A stretch of DNA of 63,950 nucleotides, counting the filler, from Thraustochytrium aureum (Eukaryota), in NCBI GenBank assembly GCA_012862495.1. It is 5 parts of 5 records of this genome, joined end to end, with 100 filler letters (N's around TTAATTAATTAA, not from the genome) between each part and the next. Parts side by side here need not be neighbours in the genome. Positions count along the whole stretch, not along the records: positions 1 to 24,342 come from BLSG01000372.1; positions 24,443 to 42,422 come from BLSG01000373.1; 3 more parts are not named here. One strand, 5' to 3'. The notes beneath the pieces are model-generated. The model saw nothing but the letters and a program-made list of their open reading frames with translations, ran no database searches and was not told where the DNA came from. Made by a program: the position numbers and the translations under genes. Shown here one piece after another: positions 22,501-33,101 of the stretch (within the stretch, counting starts at the first letter, position 1; the number at the start of each line of letters is the position of its first letter).

Positions 22501-24342
22501 TCTTGGAGCCCTCGCTTGCGCTGTCCTCGATCTCGCTGAGGCTCCGTTGCAGGTCGATGGCGGTTGCGATGGCGCGCGAGGCGTCGTCCTTGTGGCGGTA
22601 GGTGCTGACACCAAAGCAGACGATGAGCACGCAGCCCTTGTCGTCGACGATGAACTGGCGGATCATGCCCTCGTGGTGAGTCACAATGCGCTGCGCGAGC
22701 ATGTATATATCCTGCAGGAGCTCGAGTTGGCTCGGGTCGGTTTCGTATCCGATCGTCTTGGCCTCGTTGCTGATGTTGAGGAACAGGGTCGACACGAGGC
22801 GCACGTCGTTGTGGATCCGCTGCCTGCTCTTCATCTGCTTGACGACGTGTGTCGGAATGTACGACTCTAGCGTTTTAAGAAGGAGCTCAACGGGCGGCGA
22901 GTTGGCCTGCAGCTGCACCGCAGTCCCGGAGAGCCGGTTGTGCGACTTGTCGAGGCGCGGGTGCACGGTGATTTGCTTGACGAGCCAGAACGCGTTGTTG
23001 GGCGCCTTGGCGGCTTTGCTCGCTGCGCCGGCGGCCCCGAGCGGCGCGCCGGTCCCGAGGCCTGAGCCGAACGTGGCGACGGCGCTGCCGACAGAGCTGC
23101 CGCCATGGCTAGTAACGCTGCGCGCGTCCGCGCTGGCAGGGCTCCTGCTCTTGGGGTGCGGTGGGGGTGCCGGGAGGGCGCCAAGGTCGCCTGGGCTAAG
23201 GTGCCCGGCGCCAAAGTGCCCGGCGCCAAGGCCGCCGCTCGCGGCGGCTGCCGCAGCGTCGTCGCCGACGAGGCCCGGGTTTGGAGATGGGGCCTCCTCG
23301 CCGAAGAACTTGACGACCTTGGCGTTCGAGGCCTTGTTGTGGACCATTGAGCAGATGGTGATGGTACGCACGAGACGCCAGACCGAGTGGCAGATGACGA
23401 CGCTCTCTGCGGCGGCAAAGGCCACAGCGTCCCCGGCGCGGCGCAGCGAATTGCCGGTGAGCAGGATCTCGCGCTTGTCGCCGCCGCCTACAGAGATGAT
23501 GGAAACCTTGCCGCAGGCGAGCCCACAGTGCAGCTTGAGGACCTTTTCCTCGTTGCCCACCTGGACGCGCTCGACCAGGCCCTTGGCGCGGAAGGCGCAC
23601 AGCATGGCAGCTTGCGCGTAGCTCTCTAGAATCTGCTGCCGTTGCTGCTTGGCGAATTTGGCGTTTGCCATGCGCTTCGTGGTTGGAATCTGGGGCTTCC
23701 AGATGCAGAGAACCGCGTCGCCGGCAAACTTGACGACGTCGCCCCCGTACTCGTAGATCGTTTCGACAAGTTTGGTGAAGTACTTGTTGAGGCAGTTGGT
23801 CACGACGGCCTCCACGCCCGCGTTGACCCCGCGCTGCTCGCAGAACGTCTCGGCCAGCGCCGTGTACCCAGTCACATCGGCCATGAGGATGACGGCGTCG
23901 ACCGTGTCGTTGATGTCGTGGATGCCGTCCTTGCCGAGGACCTTGTCGTGGCCCCCCGAGGGCGCCCGCGCCGCCCTGCGCGCCGCCGCCCGGGTGGTTG
24001 CCCTTGGTGGCGTTTTCCTTGTTGTTGGCGGCTACCGGGTTGGACCACCGCTCGCCAAGGTACTCGACGACGAGGCCCGGGACGTAGGGCAAAAAGCCCT
24101 GCGCCTTGCGAAGGTGGGCGCTGCTTGTGGAGTCGACGATCAGCTTGATCCGGTCGTGGATGAACACGTGGGTCTTTGGCAGCGAGATGGGCTCCTCGGC
24201 CAGCCAGTACCGCAAAACCTTGTCGTGCGTCGACTTGGTGAAGATCTTTTGCATCAAGTTGCCCACGAACCCGTGGCACATCTGGCAAATGTTGTCGCAG
24301 TGCACAAACCTGACATCGAACGGCTCTGGCCTGAAAGCGTCA
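16581..24342 (-). CDS. ADCY10: Soluble adenylyl cyclase (ADCY10/sAC)-like protein: two class III cyclase domains, STAND-type P-loop NTPase, helical C-terminus; 5'-partial, with gaps and four homopolymer frameshifts
   Basis: C1: ILMADVTGYTALAE, GGDVVKFAGDAVLCIW, LKLHCGLACG. C2: IRQFIVDDKGCVLIVCFG, SIGITTGRAFCGPIGS, RREFSVVGNCVNLAARLM (after correction). NTPase: FGRNQEK, ILIQGEEGMGKSNLL, IDDLEWLDDLS, SCNGLPLW, LLAHHY. Confidence 0.85.
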
Positions 24343-24442
24343 NNNNNNNNNNNNNNNNNNNNNNNNNNNNNNNNNNNNNNNNNNNNTTAATTAATTAANN
24401 NNNNNNNNNNNNNNNNNNNNNNNNNNNNNNNNNNNNNNNNNN
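24343..24442. other. Artificial contig spacer N-TTAATTAATTAA-N
   Basis: Six-frame-stop 12-mer embedded in Ns; the same spacer recurs at about 42423, 56517 and 62488. Confidence 0.95.
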
Positions 24443-24670
24443 GTCCCAGGTGGGGCCTTCTGCCTGGACTGACGAATTTCGCGACTTTTGCAGGAACGGT
24501 GGCTTCGAACCGGAATGTCGGCATCGGCAGTCGCAACAAACTGCTCGATGGTGCAACGATTTTTTTTCGATCCGCGGGTGGGGGCCATTGGTGGCTGGAA
24601 CACACAGGCTGCGTCTGGCTATCTCCAGCTGATGAATCAGTCCTAGATTTGGCAGCGTATTTTCTTTCGG

Positions 24671-25053
24671 TTTTCTTTTGCGGTCGCGCCTCGAGCGTAG
24701 CGTAGTGCGTGGCGTACTAAGACCCAACCACATGATGGAATGGGATTGCTTGCTTGGTGCAGCTATCGCGGTCCGCGGGCGGTCATCTATCACTTTTCTT
24801 TTGCGGTCGCGCCGCGAGCGTACTCGTAGTGCGTGGCGTTCTAACACCCAACCACATGATGGAGTGCATCAAAGATGGGATTGCTTGCTTGATGCAGCTA
24901 TCGCGGTCCGCGGCGGTCGTCTATCACTTTTCTTTTGAGGTCGCGCCTCGCATCTCTTAGCGTACTCGTAGTGCGTGGCGTACTAAGACCCAACCACATG
25001 ATGGAATGGGATTGCTTGCTTGGTGCAGCTATCGCGGTCCGCGGGCGGTCGTC
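24671..25053. repeat. Three diverged tandem copies of a ~123-135-bp unit
   Basis: ttttcttttgcggtcgcgcc...cgtagtgcgtggcgtactaagacccaaccacatgatgga...tgggattgcttgcttggtgcagctatcgcggtccgcgggcggtc begins at about 24671, 24794 and 24928. Confidence 0.9.
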
Positions 25054-26056
25054 AACAAGCTTGACGGACGGTTCGTCTCATCATCGGATGGCCATCATCA
25101 TTCGTCAGGCTCTTCGCCATCTCCAGACTTTCGGTTGCCAGTCCATGGCTTGAGGCTTCCTTTCACCAAGGTTTTCTCAAATCGGGGTGCGGCGTGCGTG
25201 TGCCCGGTCAACGTCCTGGAGCTCAAACGCGCCACGGTCAACGCGCCAGCCCCCGCAGCGCCGATCCTTTCGGCCCGAAACCCAGGCAGAGTAGTAGATC
25301 ACCTGCGTGCGACGCGATCGGGATGTTTTGCGCTGCGCACAACCAATCTCACCAAGGAAAAGGAAAAAACTATGCTTTGACCACATGGCAGCCGCACTTT
25401 ACGTACAGCTAAAGGAAAAAAGTCGTCCAAGCGAGGACGGGGATGAATCGCTTGGGTCAAAGCAGAAGACCTGGCATGCAGCCATTTTTAGTCCAAGTCT
25501 TCGTGGTGGCGGGCTCTGGTGGAATTCTGGGGTGAGCCAAACCTTGATTGATCTTGAATTGGGCGTCTGGCCAAACAGCCATGGTAGTCTTGCGGCGACG
25601 GGCTGGAAAACGAGCCGATGATCATCGAGTGAGGGAGGTAAAGGCCCGCGCTAGCCCCTTTGCTCCAATCTGCAANNNNNNNNNNNNNNNNNNNNNNNNN
25701 NNNNNNNNNNNNNNNNNNNNNNNNNNNNNNNNNNNNNNNNNNNNNNNNNNNNNNNNNNNNNNNNNNNNNNNNNNNNNNNNNNNNNNNNNNNNNNNNNNNN
25801 NNNNNNNNNNNNNNNNNNNNNNNNNNNNNNNNNNNNNNNNNNNNNNNNNNNNNNNNNNNNNNNNNNNNNNNNNNNNNNNNNNNNNNNNNNNNNNNNNNNN
25901 NNNNNNNNNNNNNNNNNNNNNNNNNNNNNNNNNNNNNNNNNNNNNNNNNNNNNNNNNNNNNNNNNNNNNNNNNNNNNNNNNNNNNNNNNNNNNNNNNNNN
26001 NNNNNNNNNNNNNNNNNNNNNNNNNNNNNNNNNNNNNNNNNNNNNNNNNNNNNNNN

Positions 26057-27975
26057 ATGCCAAGCTGGATTCCATACATGCAGGTTGGATCGCCTCGCAG
26101 CGGCGGGGAAATATCCACGGTTGCAGCGCGTTTGCCTGAAATCTCCACGACAACGCCTTTGATTCTTTCAGCGCAATCCAAGCAAACGGTCGGCTTCTCG
26201 ACGCGGTTGGTCAAGCGGACTCGCTTGACACTGTGAGCTGGTGCGAAAAATGTGGCCTGCCAGAACGGATTGGGTTCTGTCCGGGTGTGCGTGCAGGAAC
26301 CCGCGAAAAAGCTTGCGGATACCTTCCCGTCGATGGCTTTGTCTGCCGATCCGACCAGTTTTCCTGAGGTATGAGTCGAGCTCTGGGCTGCGCTACCTTT
26401 AAGGAACGGGATAAGTTTGCCCTTTTCGTCCAGGAGCTCGACTTCGCAGAGGGAGAGGATTTTACTGCTCCCAAGCAGGCTCACCTTGACAGTGTTCTTG
26501 TACTGGATTTGCTCATGACACTGGCATTCGATTGTGCTCTTTTCCACCGACGTGGACAGCGTGTAAGTGCGCAGACTCTTGGCGCCGCAACTGCACGAGT
26601 CGATCACATCGGTGACCTTGCTGATGAGGCGACCTATCAGGTTCTCAAGCGCAGCTTGCATTCTGTCAAAGTCTTCGCTCGAGGTTGCAGGGCCCCATTG
26701 GGCCACCTCGAGCGGCGAGAGACGTTCGAACTTGACAAAGTCCGACAGGAGACGGAGTTCTAGCTTATAGCCAGGAGCATAAAACTCGGAATCCAGGAGG
26801 AGACGGGCAGTCTGTGGTTGCACGTCAAAGACGCCGTTGCGCTCTAAACCGCCAAACAACTCGGCCGTGGATGTCTCGCTCATGAAAGAGCTGATTTCCG
26901 ATTCCATCGAATTCTGAACGCTTGTTGTGCAGATTCCGCCTGCAACACTGCCGCTGGCGGAAATCCCAAGTTGCGAAGCCCTTACTGCAGCGGCAGCCTC
27001 TGCGCATGCCTTGATCTCTTCCTCAGCTCCCTGAAACATTGACACAGTTTCGGCACCGAGGACGTTTCGCGCACGAAAATGCCCTCCAAAGAGGCCCCGC
27101 ACAGGCGCAAACTGCCCGTACGTTCTCAGAATGTCCATCCCAACGGCTTCCGAGTACCCACTCGTCATGTACCTCTGAAGTAGCGTGCGAAACGTTTCCG
27201 AAAAGGTCACAAAGCGGCGCTTGTTCTCAAAGTCTTCGATCAGGATTTCCGCCACGGTAGTGACGCTCGACGATTCTGTCACGACGCTCTCTTTGGCCTG
27301 CGAGTGGCCAAAACTGAGGAGGTTTCTCCTCTCCAGATTGGCGCTTCTGGCAACGCTTCCTCCGACTTTGAGCCCTTTGAAGAAACCTGAAGCACTGGCA
27401 GACACGGTGACGAATGCCGCGAGGCCGTCGCTCTGCGACTGTGAAAATTCAAGAACACTTTTCGTCTCTGTCTTGAGCGTTTTCGCGATGGAAGTAACCT
27501 CTGTGAAGATCTTGTACATGTTTGTTCCGCATCCGTCCGAGTACAAATCGAACGGGCGTTCTTTGAACTCGCCCGTGACAATATCCAGGCCTTGCGGAGT
27601 TTTGTCTTGACCCACGAGAACGTCTCGAATCGGATCGGTCGGTGGACAGTTGTGTTCGTTGTTGCTGTGAAGAGAGAAGTAGACATTGTGGCCGATGCTC
27701 TCTGCGCACGTATTTCCCGAGATTTTGCTGCCGCTAGGCGGCTCATTCGTTAGACAAATGCATGTATCAACCTTTGAGACGAAAAAGCGTTGCTGGCATA
27801 TCGTCTTGCACGCTTCGGGGGCTGAGGAGGGCTTGGGTTGCTCGCTTCCTTTTTGTTCAGGAAAGCACCCGTAGAAGACGATCCCTTCGGGCGGGACGCG
27901 GATTCTCGTTTGCACTGGGTTCACCGCATCTCCAACGGCCGCGAGGAGAAGGACGCACAGGAGCGCTCGCCACAT
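26057..27975 (-). CDS. Secreted MACPF-domain protein with an N-terminal WSC-like module and a C-terminal F-type-lectin/discoidin-like domain (3' end in gap)
   Basis: Signal peptide MWRALLCVLLLAAVGDA; WSC-like FYGCF...PEACKTIC...CIC; MACPF-like GLDIVTGEFKERPFDL and ILRTYGQFAPVRGLFGG with two Ser/Gly-rich TMH-like segments; lectin-like ILSLCEVE, AAQSST, ADKAIDG, SCTHT, NPFWQ, VRLTNR. Confidence 0.7.
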
Positions 27976-28462
27976 CGCCTCTCCCGAATATCCCTTGCCG
28001 CCTCACTTGCGCAATTCCTCGTTGATTCAGGTCTGCCGCTGCTCTGGCCTTGTTGTTCGTTCCGTTTTGTCCTGTTCTGATTCTTGCTTGCTGATTCGGG
28101 TCTGCAGTTGTTTTGACATATGATTGCTACTTGGCTTTCTCGTGGCCATGCCTGTTGAGCGCCGCCTGGAGCCGGATGGGAATGCGGTTGGCCTAATCAA
28201 TGCCACGGGAGAAAGTACGGAGTAGCTCTTGCAAGTGGTTTGGCCCGGCTAGCTCGGCATGGCCGTTTGCATGCAAGGACCGGAGCTGGTCTTCATCCGG
28301 AGGGGAGCCTGCAGAGATCTAGAGGAGAACTGCAAGGCCCGCTCTTGCACCGGCGAGCACCACGCACGGCTCTCCTTTTTTACAAATCACTGGGCAGCGC
28401 GCTGACCTGGCGCCGTTTCTGGCTGATCTGCCTGGTCTGCCTCTTCTGTGTTCTGAACGTAT

Positions 28463-28786
28463 TCCCGCCGGCGTACTCGCTCAAGTGATTCGCATTCCCG
28501 CAAGCTGACTCACATCATTCGAGAAACCTCACCACCCTCTGGTTTCGTGTCCGGAGATACCCCGAGACCGAGGAGGCTGATTACGTGGCATGCGTTTACG
28601 GCCGGGCATGGACCATGACGCACTCCCGCCGGCGTACTCGCTCAAGTGATTCGCATTCCCGCAAGCTGACTCAAATCATTCGAGAAACCTCACCACCCTC
28701 TGGTTTCGTGTCCGGAGATACCCCGAGACCGAGGCGGCTGACTACGTGGCATGCGTTTACGGCCGGGCATGGATCATGACGCACTC
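28463..28786. repeat. Tandem duplication of a 161-bp unit
   Basis: tcccgccggcgtactcgctcaagtgattcgc...gggcatgga(c/t)catgacgcac starts at 28463 and 28624, with few mismatches. Confidence 0.92.
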
Positions 28787-29761
28787 TCGGGCGGGTCGGG
28801 GTGGTAAGTAGACGAACCCAGTGGAAGGCGAGCTCAAGTGCCTTTGGGTGGCACCGGTACGTAACCGCAAAACGTTGGACCCTGTTGAGGGAGCGGAAGT
28901 AGCTGAACTATGCGACCGGCGACGCCTCGACCATCTTGAATCCAAGCTCAACAGTTTTTTCCGTCGTGAGACAACGAGTCGGAGCAGACCGCTTCTGGAT
29001 TGAACGACAACTCGAAATGCTCCAGTGTGAATGTACTCGAAGTGTGAATTTCGGTGTGAATTTCGGTCCCCCTTCGAGATGACACATGGCAAGTGGCTGG
29101 CGGTGGAAATGGCTCTCTCTTGCACTTGTAAAAACCGCTGCAAGTGAGCGCGCTGGCATTAGATGCCGCCTGGCCCTACCGGCGTTCGAGCTATCGTGCG
29201 AGGGAGCGAACGGCGTGAGAGATTCTGAATTCTGAACTGAAGCGAAGACCGGAGCGGCGAAACTTGCTCAACTCGCGGCTAAACTTGCACATACGTGGTG
29301 TAGTTATTTGCATTTCAGGTCAGGCTGAGCGATGCAGCGGGGCGCCGGCCAGCCAAGGCGTGACACTCACCCCGCTCTAGCAGAACGGCCACAGTGCTCT
29401 CGGGCCCAGCCAGGGGCCTCCTGAAGAGCTTCGCCGCCTCCACTGCTCGTGGCTCCGCTCCCGCCGCCCGGCCTTGCCACTCCCTTGAGGTGACAGGGAT
29501 TCCACGCGCGATGGCACGCAACATCAACTTTCTGTGCTGGTTATGAAAAACTGATGCAAAACTCTACGATCAGAGCCCGACTATAGTAGAGTACTTNNNN
29601 NNNNNNNNNNNNNNNNNNNNNNNNNCTAGTACATACTTGCTCCTTGCTTGCGTGCGGCAACCGTAGCTCATGACCGGGACGAATAGCGCAAAACGTTTAG
29701 GCAGCCTGCAACGGGACACCTCTGCGCGCGACAGGTGCTGCTTGGTGAAGGACCGTGGCCA

Positions 29762-30377
29762 CTAAAGGGCCATGAAGCCCAAGCCGGTGACGATGAGCGC
29801 AAATCCCAGCGCGAGCAACGCTGGATCGCCTTCGAGGCGCTCGCCGCGCAAGCGCGCCGTCACCATGGTGAATAGCAGCGTGCACGCGTTCGCGATAGGG
29901 ACAGCCAGGGAAAGATCGCTCGAGCCCAGCAGAAAGTAGTAGAGCAGCGAGCCGCTCTGGTTGAGCAGAAAGGGCAACGCGAACTATGTAGCCAGGTTGG
30001 CGTGGAAAGCGGGTCAGCGCGCTGCGGCGGGCCCTACACACGGATCGAACTACGCTGTTGGCTTCCTCGTCGTCACGTACCTTCCAATTGAGCAGGAGCT
30101 CGACGACTTTGCGCAGCACGGTGACGAGCTGGCCCCCAGGCCTCAGCTCCTCTGGCCTCGTGCCGCTAGGACCACTCTTGGGCGACGCAGACGCATCCTC
30201 GGCACCGTCCTCTACCGCGCCACAGAAAGTCTTGCGTCAGCACGCGCCCGCAGCGTCCACAGACCGCGCGCCGCGAGCCGCCGGTCCTCCCGCCGACTCA
30301 CCTTGCTTGAGGAACGAGTTTGTGCAACCCCACAGCGCCCCGACCAGCACCAAGCTTGCCAGCTCGCTCGCCTGCAT
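29762..30377 (-). CDS. TMEM234: TMEM234 family small membrane protein, 3 exons (30377-30302, 30211-30081, 29983-29762)
   Basis: LVLVGALWGCTNSFLK and LPFLLNQSGSLLYYFLLGSSDLSLAVPIANACT. Two GT...AG introns (gtgagt and gtacgt donors) give 429 nt in frame. Confidence 0.85.
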
Positions 30378-30642
30378 CGTCCACGCGAGCGCCACAGGGC
30401 CGAGCCGAGCTGCAGGCGCGCAGCCCTCAGGCGATCCGCGCTTGCCCTGGCGCCAGCGGGACGTGCGTCCATCACCAGGACAGTGCACGTCGCAGCGACG
30501 GCGCAGGCAAAGACAGGTACTATCTTGGCGACCGCTCTCTCTCTCGCCGTCGTCGCGGGAGCGGCAGTGCGCAAGAGCAGCAGGCGACCGCTGCGAGGAA
30601 GAGCCTTGGGCCTGCTGGCGCTGCCCTGCTGCCACGGGCGGG

Positions 30643-32766
30643 ATGGCGGACAAGGCGCGTGGAGCTGGGGCTGGGCGAGGGCTTCGCGGGAGGATGCTTC
30701 AAAGCGCCGCGACCTCGCCCGCGAGCAGCTCTGGCCGCGGCGCCTGGGACGACCACGAGAGCGCCTGGGGATCGCACGGAGAGGTGGGCTCGCCGCCCAC
30801 GCTGGCGTTTCCGAGGCAGGGGCTCAACGAGCCGACTGGGTGGACGTCGGAAAGGGCCACCAGGCTCGCCCGCGTCGGGAGCGAGACCTCGTCGGACGGC
30901 GGTAGCGCCAGCGCAGCTTGCAGTAGCAGTGCCGCCGGGCTTCGCGCGCGAAGGCGGCGGTCCTCCTCGTCCTCCATCCGGTTCGGGCTGGGAACCATGG
31001 GCTGGTCCAGTGTCACCAACGTGCCCGTGAGCGACGTTCTGCTCGACCCGTACGCGGGCCCCCCAGAGACTGACTCGACGATCCGCGGCGGCGGGCTTGG
31101 TGGCGCGTCCCTCCCCCTGGATCATGCAGCAGGCCAAAGGTCGAGCGAAAGGCCGCCGGTCCCGCCGCAAATGGTGCGGCGACGGCGTCGGCGCACGAAG
31201 ATTGTTTGCGCGATTGGGCCGGCGTCCCGGGACGTCGACAAGGTGGAAGAGCTGCTTGAAGCGGGGATGAACATTGCGCGGCTAAACTTTTCGCACGGCG
31301 ACCACGCATACCACCTGGAGACGCTCCAGAACATCAAGGAGGCGGTGCGGCGCCGCCGCGATAAGGGCGTGCAGTGCCACTGCGCGATCCTGATGGACAC
31401 CAAAGGGCCCGAGATCCGCACAGGGTTGCTCAAGAACCACGAGCCGGTGCAGCTAAAGCTGGGCCAGCGACTCGAGATCACCAGCGACTACTCGGTAGAG
31501 GGGGACAGCTCGATCATCGCCTGCAGCTACGAGCACCTGGCGAGCTCGGCGCGCGTCGGCGGCACGATCCTCATCGCCGACGGATCGATCAGCTGCAAGG
31601 TGCTCGAGCTGCGGGAGCAGAGCGTGATCGTGCGCGTCGAGAACGACGCCCTCCTCGGCGAAAGGAAAAACATGAACATCCCTGGCGTCAAGATCAGGCT
31701 CGAAGGCATCACAGAAAAGGATCGGTTCGACATCGAGCATTTCGCTCTCAAGCACGACATCGACATCATCTCGGGCTCGTTCATCCGCACGGCGGCGAAT
31801 GTGCGCTCACTTCGTGCCTGCCTGAAGGACAAGGCGTACAAGATCCGCGTCCACGCCAAAATCGAGAGCGTCGAGGGCCTCGAGAACATCCACGAGATCA
31901 TCGCCGAGGCCGACGGCGTCCACGTCTCGCGCGGCGACCTGGGCATGGAGCTGCCTCTCGCCAAGCTCTTCTTGGCGCAAAAGGCCATCATCCACTGGGC
32001 CAACTTGGCCGGCAAGCCAGTGGTGACGAGCACGCAGATGCTCGACTCGATGACCAAGCGGCCGCGGCCCACCAACGCCGAGTGCAACGACGTTGCGAAT
32101 GCGGTTTTGGACGGCACCGACTGCGTCATGCTGAGCGCCGAAACTGCAGCCGGCCTCTACCCGAAGGAGTCTGTGCAGACCATGGCCCGCATCATCGCCG
32201 AGGCGGAGCTCGTGATCGACTACGAGGGACACTTTTCCGCGATTCGCGAGGAGGTTCTCGGCTCTGATGGAGGCGTGTCCGTGATGGAGGCGCTTGCCTC
32301 CTCGGCCGTCGAGTCGGCCATGGACGTAGATGCGCCGCTGATCGTGCTCATCAGCGAGACGGGCAAGCTCGCAATGCTCGTCGCAAAGTACCGCCCACTG
32401 GCGCGCATCCTGGTCGTCACATCCAACGAGATGACCGCGCGCCAGATGAGTGCTTCGCGGGGCGTCTCGGCACTCCTGCTCGAGTCTCACGCCAAGACGA
32501 TCCGGCCGAGCACGGCGTGGCTCGAGATCGCCTGGTACGCCATGGAGAAGGGCTGGGTCGACCTGGGCGATCGCGTCGTCTTGGTCGTGTCGCCGCTTGA
32601 TGGGGACCTCAACAAGATGTTTGACGTCCAGCACGACTTTCGGAGCAACCGCCGCCTCGTCAACTGTGTGGAGATTCGCGAGGTCACCGATTCAATTCTC
32701 TCGCAGGGTCACGCTGCGATGATGCGCACGCCACTGCCCGAGGTTCCGATGCAGATGGAGAGCTGA
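30643..32766 (+). CDS. pyk: Pyruvate kinase (divergent, with long Ser-rich N-terminal extension; start uncertain)
   Basis: RRTKIVCAIGPAS, GMNIARLNFSHG, DTKGPEIRTG, SRGDLGMELP, TQMLDSM, DVANAVLDGTDCVMLS, VAKYRP. Confidence 0.9.
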   Translation: MADKARGAGAGRGLRGRMLQSAATSPASSSGRGAWDDHESAWGSHGEVGSPPTLAFPRQGLNEPTGWTSERATRLARVGSETSSDGGSASAACSSSAAGLRARRRRSSSSSIRFGLGTMGWSSVTNVPVSDVLLDPYAGPPETDSTIRGGGLGGASLPLDHAAGQRSSERPPVPPQMVRRRRRRTKIVCAIGPASRDVDKVEELLEAGMNIARLNFSHGDHAYHLETLQNIKEAVRRRRDKGVQCHCAILMDTKGPEIRTGLLKNHEPVQLKLGQRLEITSDYSVEGDSSIIACSYEHLASSARVGGTILIADGSISCKVLELREQSVIVRVENDALLGERKNMNIPGVKIRLEGITEKDRFDIEHFALKHDIDIISGSFIRTAANVRSLRACLKDKAYKIRVHAKIESVEGLENIHEIIAEADGVHVSRGDLGMELPLAKLFLAQKAIIHWANLAGKPVVTSTQMLDSMTKRPRPTNAECNDVANAVLDGTDCVMLSAETAAGLYPKESVQTMARIIAEAELVIDYEGHFSAIREEVLGSDGGVSVMEALASSAVESAMDVDAPLIVLISETGKLAMLVAKYRPLARILVVTSNEMTARQMSASRGVSALLLESHAKTIRPSTAWLEIAWYAMEKGWVDLGDRVVLVVSPLDGDLNKMFDVQHDFRSNRRLVNCVEIREVTDSILSQGHAAMMRTPLPEVPMQMES

Positions 32767-33101
32767 TTGCGACTCGTTGCGTCCTGGGTTACTGGAGAGA
32801 TTTGCTGCGTTCTTGTGCTGTAGCTGGGGACTAAACCAACGCTAACGTTTCTTTATGGATTGGGCGGGGTTTTACTTCGTGCAGGGCCTGCCGCGTGGAT
32901 CGGCTGTAGCAGCTGCCGGTCCCTGGTCCGAGTCTCCAAGCGCAGCCCGCCGCCAATGGGCTTGGTCCGAGACTCGAAGCGCAGGCTGCCAATCTACTTC
33001 GAACGATGAAGCTGGTTAGCGAGCGGCCGCACTCGACCGCGCGATATTGCAACTCACGTGCCGGTGCTTATAGTTTCTAAAGGTCAAAAACGCCATTTTA
33101 A

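Noticed and set aside
24671..28786. CRISPR-like arrays or LTRs
   Set aside because: The units are contiguous tandem copies with no unique spacers, no cas or RT genes are present, and the two repeat families are unrelated to each other.
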